Part shown: positions 54,231 through 64,000 of the stretch, piece after piece
Numbering within the stretch: position 1 is the first letter of the stretch
Layout of the letters: each line of letters opens with the position of its first letter
Assembly (NCBI GenBank): GCA_964016885.1
Contig: OZ024743.1
Coordinates: 122,202,001 to 122,266,000 of the forward strand
Source of the DNA: Eledone cirrhosa
Lineage: Eukaryota
Reading direction: 5' to 3'
Length of the DNA: 64,000 bases
Notes under the pieces: model-generated
Seen by the model: only the letters and a program-made list of their open reading frames with translations
Database searches by the model: none
Told to the model about the DNA's origin: nothing
Position numbers and translations under genes: made by a program

Positions 54231-54305
54231 TTTTATATAAAACTTACTTCTATTTCTTCCGTAACCTTAGGTTACGGAAGAAATAGAAGTAAGTTTTATA
54301 TAAAA
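54231..54305. repeat. Perfect 75-bp palindrome (37-bp arms, 1-nt centre)
   Basis: ttttatataaaacttacttctatttcttccgtaacct t aggttacggaagaaatagaagtaagttttatataaaa. Confidence 0.95.
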
Positions 54306-54669
54306 GTTACATTTTCATAATTAATATTTTCTATTCACCTTGCTACTTAAGGTTTTAGGTGACTAACCTTATCTATCATTCTGCTCTATCGATTATGTCT
54401 TGTCAATTATTTGAATCCAAGTATAAGGGATTTTCTTTAATCTACACTGACCCCTGGCAAGAAGTTGTCTACTTGAATGACAATGGATAGGAAAATGTTA
54501 TAAAATAAAATAACGGGAATAAAGTTTCAATAAGGAAATAAGAAAGAAAAATTAGAAAAATAAAATGATAGATAGAAAAAGAGAGTGAAAAGGCGAGAAA
54601 GATAGACTGCCAAATGTGGAATGGAGAGAGAGAGAGAGAGAAATGCAGTTAGAAAGAGAGTGTGAGACA

Positions 54670-55255
54670 GGCAGGATTAGAACTCAGAACGCAGAAAGTG
54701 ATAAATAAATACCCTAAAGCATTTTGTCGACACTCTACCAATACTGCCAACCCACCACCATACAACAGGTAACAACAATAGCAACAACAATGGGTTTCTT
54801 ATATCGACACAAGGCCAGCAATTTTGGGGGGAGGGGAAAGTCGATTAAATCGACTCCAGTGCATGACTGGTACTTTATTTTATCGACCCCGTAAGGAGGA
54901 AAGGCAAAGTTAACCTCAGCGGGATTTGAACTCAGATCATAAAGGGCCGTAACTCTATGCTGCAAAGAATGGCGTCCGACCCTCTACCGATACTGCCAAC
55001 CCACCACCCTAGAACAGGTAACAACAATAACAACAATAACAACAATAACAACAACTTATTTAGGAACAAGGCTAGCGATTTCTAGTGGCGAGGAGATCGA
55101 TTAAATCGATCCTAGTACTTTATGTTATGGAACTCGGAATAATAAACGACAAAGTTGAACTTGGTGGGATTTAAAATCAGAATACAAAGAGCCGGAACAA
55201 ATACCGTAAAATATTTCTTCCAATACCCTAAGTATTCTGCCAATCCACCACCCGA
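54670..55255 (-). mobile_element. Cluster of three SINE copies
   Basis: Partial copy 54670-54760, young copy 54792-55008, old copy 55060-55250. Confidence 0.8.
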
Positions 55256-55633
55256 TATAAAAGCAATAATTATTTATCCTATTTTAATATAGTTACAGTA
55301 AGGCTTTTTATCTGATGCGTTAACGATTCTGCTAATCTGGTTTCTAACATAGACACAAAGTCACAAATTTGACGTAATTATAACAAGTTCAGAGCAAGCA
55401 GAAAGAAACACTCAAGAATACCACCCCAAGCCCACTCAGTAGCAACATACATGTATTCAGTAGTATTTAGCATATGTATATAGATATTTCACACATATAT
55501 ATGTGTAGATAATAACAAACATAAACATGTGAAATATGGGATCACTTAGAAAAAGTAAACATTGATGAGCTATCAAGAAATGGAAGAAATGAAGTGTTAA
55601 ATATAAATTGATGGAAATAATATTTATGCCAAT

Positions 55634-55845
55634 AATTGTTTCTATTATAGGCACAAGACCAGCAGTTTTTTGGGAAGGGAAAGTCGATTAAATCGACCCC
55701 AGTACGTTACTGGTACTTTATTTTATCAACTCCGTAAGGATGAAAGGCAAAGTTAACCTCGGCGGGATTTGAACGTAAAGGACCGTAACTCTATGTTGCA
55801 AAGCATGGCGTCCGACCGTCTCTCGATATTGCCAATCCACTGCCC
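55634..55845 (-). mobile_element. tRNA-derived SINE
   Basis: SINE core; flanking repeat atgccaataat. Confidence 0.85.
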
Positions 55846-55899
55846 TTATTCATGCCAATAATAGCAACAAAAAAACACTAACTAAAATTAAGCCTTCCC

Positions 55900-56170
55900 C
55901 ATCACTAAGAACAATCGCTCGCTCTGATTGATCGACAAGATCCCAGACCTCATTTGCTTGCCGAGTTGGGTGGACCGCGTCAAATTGGACCAATGTTTTC
56001 ATTGGTTTTTCCATTGCTGATACTATCTACCGGTCGCAACTCCTGGCAGAAGGAGTAACGTGAAATAAAGAGTCTTGCTCAAGGACACAAAGCATCACCC
56101 GGCCCGAGAATTGAACTCGCAACCTCACGATTGCAAATCCAAATCTCTCGCCAATAAGCCACGCACCTTC
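55900..56170 (-). mobile_element. tRNA-derived SINE, different family
   Basis: Minus strand: ggtgcgtggctta..gagttcaattc..gtgtccttgagcaagac. Confidence 0.7.
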
Positions 56171-57027
56171 AATAACACTGGTAAATTATTACATTAACAC
56201 AGGACCCCAAATTTCAACGGGAATCGAATATAAGTATACTACTAGTAATTATTGTACTGACACCAAATCAATGAAAAGCAGAATACACCTCAATGAGATC
56301 TAAACTCAGAACGTAATAGAACATCTAAACTCAGGCAGTTTTTTGCGTGATATTGTGTGAAATAGCAAAGGAAATCTATAAAGATCAAGGGAAGAGAGAT
56401 AAAAAGAAGGAAGAGTACGGTGGTAAGGAATATAGATGACAGGCTATAGAAGACTTGGAGATACTGGCAGAAGAATATAAAGAGATTAGGAAACGTGAAA
56501 AAATGTGAAAATAAAGGGTGAATCGAAACGTGCTGATCGTTCTAGGCAGTAAAAAAGTTAAAATGCTCTGAGAAAGAATAACACTATTGCAACCATCGAT
56601 CTATTATATGGAGCAGCACTTGTCACAGAAATATCAGGGTTGGATAAAAAAAAAAAGAGAAAAGGTTTTTAAAGTACAAGTAAAAATATTAAAAACTGAT
56701 GCGAGTCATATGTCATTTTTATTTACAAAAAGAATATAATATTAAACATTTAGTATCATAAAAAGAATTAAAAAAAAAGTCTACAGATAAGACAAGGAAT
56801 AAAGACAAAAACAATCATGAAATATATATAGATATCTATTGCGGATAAAACATGAATAACATGATGAAAATAGAGGGCCAGATATAGATGAATCAAAATT
56901 TAGATTAACCATCCGTAACAGTATGCACACGCACTTGACAATATTCCCTGTTCATTGCCTAACAGAAGTACAATCATTGATGGCAAAACGAAGAGTACTT
57001 ACATGATTGTCACAAGTTTATTATTCG

Positions 57028-57213
57028 GTGGATTGGCAGTATCGGTAGAGGGTCGGACGCCATGCTTTGACGCATAGAGTTACGGCCCTTGCCATTCTGA
57101 GTTCAAATCCCGCCGAGGTTAACTTTGCCTTTCATCCTTACGGGGTCGATAAAATAAAGTACCAGTAATGTACTGGGTAATTTCTGGCCTTGTGCCAATA
57201 GTAGAAACAATTA
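57028..57213 (+). mobile_element. tRNA-derived SINE
   Basis: Near-identical to the 35498 copy. Confidence 0.9.
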
Positions 57214-58935
57214 TTGATATGTTATATAGTTGATCACACACAGAAAGAATGACGTTGAAGATCATAGGCTGCAGATCACTTAGTGTATATTAACAACGAA
57301 CTATTGTATACTGCTCCTTAACACTAACTATATTACTCGTGACTATATAACTATGATTGTTCAAGGGTGAGATTTTCTCTAAGGACAAGAGTTCATGTGA
57401 ATCTGAAATAAAAAGGCATTCCATACAAATAACAAAAACTAAGTTAGAAATTAATAATTCGCAGATTCTAGCTAATACGTTGTTAAAAACAATACAATAA
57501 ACTGGAAGTTTATAATATGTTTATCATAATGTGTCAAAAATAGGCTTAATATATTATTCTATTATTTTTAACTGGTTTTAATCATTGCACTGAGGTCATG
57601 TATAATCAATAAAAACAAACCTTTTATACGGTTCATTATTAATTCACATATGGTTAATCATTTACACTTTATTTTAAATTTAGAATCAATAAACATAAAT
57701 GAGAATTCAAATTTTATGATACTCGTAGCCTGTCCTTAACGAGGTTATCTAATATTGATACCGATACGTTTGTTGGAAGTTGATCCTTTGATCATATATT
57801 TGTAACAGGTATCCGTAAAAATCAATGACTGGAGATGCGTCAGAAAAGTGAGAGACCTTCTAAAGATTGCAATTAATTGTAGGTTAGCAAGGTTGATAAC
57901 GAACTAATATTAACAAAGAAGCACATAGAAAAATATCTGAGTCTTTGAATAAAAAGATCACACGAATACTCGGTATGAAACATACTACTAGAGACAATTA
58001 GCATTATGATAATCAATGTCCATTAAACCAACCACAACACCAAAATAAAAAAAAACACATGATTTAGATACTGCAAATACAACATTAGCAATATATAGAG
58101 TTAACTACGTATTTAATCAAATTTTATCAGCTTAACTTAAGGGTTGGAAAATATTTCAGTATTCGATAAAATAAACAAAAATTAAGTGTCTTGAAAAATG
58201 GACCAAGCACGAAATAAAAAGAAAATATATAGTCCTATACTAAAAAAAAAATGAATGTATATTTCCAGTCGATAATTTGTGAGTATTGCTTTTTTTAAAA
58301 ATTTTCTATTCATTATATAGAACAAATAGCTCGGCTAACTTAGTATGGTTTTAGAGAAATGGTTTTATAAGGTAAATACAATAGCGATAAATATAAATAA
58401 CACACGCAAGAACTTCCATAAAAATCAATCGTAAACTCATTTTTCAAGCAATAGATAGAAAAAATTTTCAAGTGTGCTGTTTTATGGACGCTTGAACATA
58501 AAATAGCGTTAAGAATGTGCCAGCGGGAAATTAGTTTATATTTGTCATAGAAGAGCTGAAAGCTGTTGAATAAAAAAACAAACAAACAAAACCTAAACAA
58601 AAAAATTCAATAAAATAAGAAAGGTATTCGTAAAATAGAAAGTGTAACGATTGTCTCCGATGATTGTTACATTAGTGTTAGATATTTTTATAGCAGTAGC
58701 GAGTTTTTACACCACTTCTCTCTATAGTATACTATACACATAACATAAGAAAAGATTTATAATCCAGATATGTGTTTATCTTGTGTACTCTAGGAAAAAA
58801 AAATTGTTTATTGTAAAAGCTCGTAAGGTATATTTCATTAGGTTTTGCATTTTCTAAAATTTGTAAAATATTACTGTTATTCACATTATGTTTGTATATT
58901 TATAGTTCTACAATAGTTTTCACTATATACATAGT

Positions 58936-59844
58936 TACGAAGTAGTGTCAAAAAGTTCCCGGACTAGTTATGTTTTTTTAAAATATATTTATCTAAGAAT
59001 ATATTTATCTAAGTTTTAACATTATCTCCTTCGAAATAATCTTCTTGCACAGCAATACACTGGTCCCAGCGTTTCTGCCTCTTTTGGAATCCGGTCTGGA
59101 AGTCGTTTTCCGTAAGGGAATCATAAACCTTCTGCGATTCGCTCTGGATCTTGGCAACGGTGTTAAAATGGTGCCCTTTGAGCTGCATTTTCAGTTTGTA
59201 AAAGAGACGGAAGTCCGCAGGTGCTAAATCTAGCGAATAGGGCGAGTGCGAAAGCGATACAACGTTCTTTTTAGCGAGAAACTCACAAGTGAGGAGAGCT
59301 CGGTGACAGGGTGCATTGTTGTCGTGAAGAATCCAATTCTTCGTGCTCCACAGATCCGATCTCTTTCGCCGAACGACTTCCCTCAAACGCATCAAAACAT
59401 CTGCAATATCGTTGATTGTCCCCCGACGATCCTCATGTACAAGCTGATTAAGTTTCTCCACATTTCCGGGTGTGACACTCGTGGCAGATCTTCCAGATTG
59501 CTCGTCATCTGCCAAGGACGTTCTTCCGCTTTTGAAGCGCCTGTGCCTTTGGAAACATTGCGCATGATTCATTGCCGAAACATGCTCAATTTCTTTGTAG
59601 CAGACCTCCCAAGCTGAATGCAAAATTTCACGTTGGCTCTTTGTTCATGACAAAATCGCAGGCTACAGCATACATGTAATCACAAAAACACAAATTTCAC
59701 AACTTGCGAAATGAAAACAGCGATGTCACTCGGCATACTGGCGCATGAAGCTCACTGTTAGCTCTCACTGTGCACGCAACCGTGTGTCGCCATCTGTTGG
59801 CGCGGTATAGAACTAGTCTGGAAACCTTTTGATAACACCTTGTA
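58936..59844 (-). mobile_element. Internally deleted mariner transposon
   Basis: Imperfect ~33-bp TIRs with TA ends; ORF 59009..59623 joins the HTH (DDEQSGRS) directly to WILHDNNAPCH and SPYSLDLAPADFRLF, lacking the first catalytic Asp region. Confidence 0.9.
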
Positions 59845-60523
59845 AATCTATTCTTCCAAAGTATGCTTGTAATGCAAGTGCAGATTTATATTTTACTCAA
59901 TAAATGAGAGTAAATAATTAGTATATAAGAGCTTCTTAAGGTTATTAGTTATTTATTCAATATTTGGTTGAATAGTACAATATTTCTTGTATTTGTAACT
60001 TCCTTAGGGATTTCATCGTGTCAAAATAGCTTGATTTATTGTAAAGACACAATTAAAGTTTTAGCAAGGCTGATACATAATCGAAAGAAATGACTTTAGT
60101 AAACTATTAGTAATTATTTATTGTCTTCCCTTCCGAGGAATGAAATGATAATACAGCCTTGACAGGAGGAAACTAAATACAGTAATGTATTTAATTTGGT
60201 GCTGTACTGCTTCAGCCGCTCTCAACAATTTCTACATATACACATATATATATGTATATACTATAGTACAAGTTTGCTAGAAATATTCAAGGCTTTGTTT
60301 ACATAGCAGGCTGAATGAGTTGGGGGTTTACATAACAGGCTGAATGAGTTAAGTACCTGTATTTGTCATTATTGTAACTAATTATATATATATATATGCG
60401 CAGAAGGTTCAGTAAGTCCGAAAAAAACTGGTGAGAGTACCAAAGTCAGCATTCAATGCAGAGCAGAGTGCATATTAATAAGAACAAAGTGGAGGTGTTA
60501 CATAAGAGATCCATTGCTCAATC

Positions 60524-60594
60524 CTGGCGAGAAATGTTTCACAAACAGCTGACGTTCCAGACCAGATTCCAAATTTGCTTGATCCTTAGACCAG
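60524..60594 (-). ncRNA. Degenerate inverted copy of the 60708 hammerhead
   Basis: Minus strand: cuggu CUAAGGA ucaag...uuugu GAAA cauuuc UC gccag. Confidence 0.5.
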
Positions 60595-60707
60595 CCTTAT
60601 CACAACAAAAACTGGTTAATTCTTGGTCCGTGATTGGTCGTTCTATACACTTGTTTGTATCTGGGTATCTTGTCCACAGATACGATGTGGTTTTCGTTAT
60701 GATATCA

Positions 60708-60795
60708 CTGGTCTGACGATCAAGCAGATTTGGAATCTGGTCTGGAACGTCAACTCGAATCACGAGCCAGCTACTTGTGAAACATTTGTAACCAG
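60708..60795 (+). ncRNA. Type I hammerhead with long branched stem II
   Basis: cuggu / CUGACGA (60713) / u caag[hairpins]cuug u / GAAA (60779) / cauuug UA / accag. Confidence 0.7.
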
Positions 60796-60996
60796 GATTA
60801 TTACATACACTTCCTCCTCACCAATTCCACGGACCCTACCACTCTGGTTACACATTCGGATATCTACGAAGATTACTACCCGGACCTTCGCTATCATTCT
60901 ACACACACACACAGACCGAAAAACCATTCAGGAACACAAACACACACAAACACTTATACCATTTTCGCACACACGCAACCATACATTCCCACGTAT

Positions 60997-61075
<79 letters not shown>

Positions 61076-61267
61076 TGTATCCTCACATACACCCACTCCA
61101 CCTCCGGATTCCGCACGCTCTCCCCCACCCCATCCGACCCCTATCCACCCACAAGCACACGCACACACAGACTTACACTCCACCCCAACGTACACAATGG
61201 TTTTCCAAGTGAAACTAATACTAATATCATTTGTACTGCCTCTCTGTTTTTTGTTCTCCGTTTATAT

Positions 61268-61332
<65 letters not shown>

Positions 61333-61394
61333 GTAGAACACTGGAAGATAATATCCGTAGTGGTAGAGCACTCAGTCCATGGGACGAGTTAGGT

Positions 61395-61513
61395 AGAAGT
61401 GGTAACACAACAGTTAGTTCACCATACCGAGAACAATTGTTTCACCTTAGCGGATCCTCAGCTAAGGTGAAACAACTGTTCTCGGTATGGTGAACTAACT
61501 GTTGTGTTACCAC

Positions 61514-61517
<4 letters not shown>
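61395..61517. repeat. Fold-back with 57-bp arms and 9-nt loop centred on an HHR core
   Basis: 61395-61451 is the reverse complement of 61461-61517 (1 mismatch). Confidence 0.92.
61427..61463 (-). ncRNA. Hammerhead core with stem I 5' strand lost at the fold-back
   Basis: Minus strand: ag CUGAGGA u cc gcuaa gg u GAAA caauug UU cucgg; palindrome ACAAUUGU. Confidence 0.65.
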
Positions 61518-61551
<34 letters not shown>

Positions 61552-61565
61552 CTCTCTCTCTCTCT

Positions 61566-61614
<49 letters not shown>

Positions 61615-61660
61615 GAAATGACAGGAGGCTGGATTTGTGTAAATCCTTGAAAGGTTTATT

Positions 61661-61718
61661 ATACTATGATCATTTCAATGACCGGGTTCCGTATGAATCC
61701 GGTGATATCATCAGGTAT
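61661..61718 (-). ncRNA. Type I hammerhead, same sequence as 10944-11001
   Basis: Apparently identical 140-bp block adjacent to (TA)n. Confidence 0.75.
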
Positions 61719-62656
61719 TCGAAATATAATACGTGAATGTAATAGATAAAATCCATGGGGCTGAAAATCGAGGACTCGAGGGCGACCGCTATCCTGCTCC
61801 TTCAACCTCAGCCGGTCGCCCTCTATCCAGTGGTGAACCTCAAACCTGAATATATATATATATAATAGAATAATCGAGTTTCGGAAAATCAGCTCACGAA
61901 TTTACGATAAACAAATCCGACATGAGTGGCAGAGGGCTCAATAATTCAGATAAATCAGAGCTATAACTATCGTTAAAATACCAACACACAAAGATTATGC
62001 CTAAAATCACCCATGCAGCCGGAAAAGAACGACCAGGAAGATTCGGGTCACTCAAATAAAATATCAATAAATCAATAATTTATATGAATGTAAAAAACTT
62101 ACCCGAACCCACTAGATAGGTGGTAAATCTAGCTTCTTGGGTTTCTGCAATTCCTTAATCCGCCCCTATCAGCCCACATAAAAATATATAAGACTTCTAG
62201 GGAGCGGATGGACCGGAACACTTTATCAACGGGTTATGTCCAACGGATAAAGAAGTTAACTTTAGCTAGAACGCACATGGAGTCCAGCAAGGGAGATAAT
62301 CTCTATATTCGCGAAAAATTATCGGTAATGTGGAAAACACATATCGAATTAGAGTGCTCGATAGACATGTTAAAATAAACAGGAGCTATTCATCATTCAA
62401 TAGAATCGACAAAAAATGAACAATAAAATTAACTGGTCAATAGCTAAGTCTAGAACTAAATATAATAGAATAATCGAGTATCGGAAAATCAGCTCACGAG
62501 TTTACGATAAACAAATCCGACATGAGTGGCAGAGGGCTCAATAATTCAGATAAATCAGAGCTATAACTATCGTTAAATATATATATATATATATTGGTCT
62601 TTAAAGCGAAGAAATACCTGTGATGGTTGGAAGATCACTGACGAAGGACCACTTTA

Positions 62657-62735
<79 letters not shown>

Positions 62736-62837
62736 GTTTAAATAGCTTGACAAATTGAAAATTGCGGTAGGCAAAACCCAACCATACAATAACAAAGCAA
62801 TGAAAGAACTAATCAGGTTAAAAACAGAATATATATA

Positions 62838-63164
62838 TATAACAAAGAAAATGTGGTAAGATACCAGGTGGACCATAACGCACCAGAGTACTCGATACTT
62901 AGGGTAGTAGAGTGGGTAATAGGGAAAAAGTCAGGTTCCCGACGACTGAGCTCCAGCCGTTTCGTTAGTTCGCATCTGGGAAAAATGTCAAGACCCCGAT
63001 GGCTGAGCTCCGGTCGTTTCGACAGATATATCCGAACTAACGAAACGGCTGGAGCTCAGTCATCGGGGACCTGACTTTTTCCCTATTACTCCCTCTATTA
63101 CCCTAAGTATCGAGTACTCTGGTGCGTTATGATCCACCTGGTATCTTACCACACTTTCTTTGTT

Positions 63165-63167
<3 letters not shown>
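62838..63167. mobile_element. Family-B fold-back with ~135-bp arms
   Basis: 62838-62972 is the reverse complement of 63033-63167; the loop holds a third HHR-half copy; flanked by (TA)n. Confidence 0.88.
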
Positions 63168-63196
<29 letters not shown>

Positions 63197-64000
63197 CTAA
63201 GGCGGGTAAAATTCCCGAGATCCATGGACGAGTTCTCTCCAGCGGTCTCTGTCCCTCATTATCGCTGCCCTGTCCTGCGTCTCCAACAGACCAGTGTCTG
63301 TCCTTAGGGCATCAACATACGTTAACCTTGGTTTTCCTCTTCTAGTGTGTCCATGTAGGGGCTCCCACAGGAGCACTGAGTGCAATGTCAACTCTGGATG
63401 TCGGTGAGCATGTCCAGCTAACCTCAGTCTCCTCTGTGTCACTTTTGAGCTGACTTTTGGGATGCTCCCATACAGCTCTGAGTTTTTCATCCTCAGTGTA
63501 TACTGATTAATGTTCAGAGCCATCCTCAACATTCTCGTGTAGCATCCATCCACCATCTGAGTGAGTTTCTTGGTCAGTGTCCAAGTCCCAGACCCATACA
63601 GCAGCACAGACTCCACTACAGGACTCTGGCTTTACTGTAGCACCGGCTCAGAGCAGGAGGGTTAGGACGAAAAAGGTATCGGATGCTGAATTTGCCGACG
63701 ACATAGTTTTGGTGACAAATACAGTGAGGGAGGCAGAGGATTTGATGCGGGAGGTTGAGACTGAGAATGAATGAGACTAAAACAAAATATCTGGTAGAGA
63801 ATGTTGAGAAGCCAGAGGGGATCACTAATGTAGGCGGGAAGCCGCTAGAATTGGTTGAGGGCTTCCTGTATTTGGGAGCAAAGATTGGGAATACGGAAGA
63901 TGATGTGGTTGAGAGGAAGAGCAATGCCTGGGCGGCGTGCCACAGCTTGAGATCGGTGTGGAAGTCGGACCTTCGTAGAGACCTGAAAGTCCGCCTCTTC
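63197..64000. mobile_element. RTE family X LINE with 5' inversion
   Basis: Minus ORF 63197..63616 (VESVLLYG..HGSREFYPP) abuts the upstream RT part on the plus strand (QDSGFTV..FADDIVL..WKSDLRRDLKVRLF). Confidence 0.9.

Noticed and set aside
8377-57213. tRNA-like A/B boxes
   Set aside because: They are SINE heads; no cloverleaf or anticodon structure supports true tRNA genes
60456-61279. ORFs that might encode a Penelope GIY-YIG endonuclease
   Set aside because: No convincing GIY/YIG motif; the region is better explained by the HHR pair and microsatellites

Overview
AT-rich, microsatellite-dense animal DNA, intergenic or intronic. The SINE/LINE repertoire and the extreme (TA)n/(CA)n/(GA)n load suggest an octopus-like cephalopod (inference). 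No intact host protein-coding gene was recognised. The window is a patchwork of decayed transposons: RTE, R4/Dong-like, CRE-like, Tx1-like and CR1/Jockey-like LINE fragments, tRNA-derived SINEs with TSDs, two mariner derivatives, a Buster-type hAT with an 8-bp TSD, Helitron pieces and MITEs. The main signal not explained by the ORF track is about 15 intact or degenerate type I hammerhead ribozyme (HHR) motifs (stem I-CUGANGA-stem II-GAAA-short or palindromic stem III-NUH-stem I'). They belong to many unrelated sequence families and mostly lie in short non-coding inserts at (TA)n microsatellites. Many of these inserts are fold-back inverted repeats whose turning point lies in or beside the ribozyme, and one ~4.3-kb nested inverted repeat is capped by an HHR at each end. 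This fits (TA)n-targeting Penelope-like/retrozyme-like elements. Several families share a non-canonical U-U pair at the base of stem II. A degenerate HDV-like ribozyme is also present. All RNA folds were made by eye; none was computed or tested.
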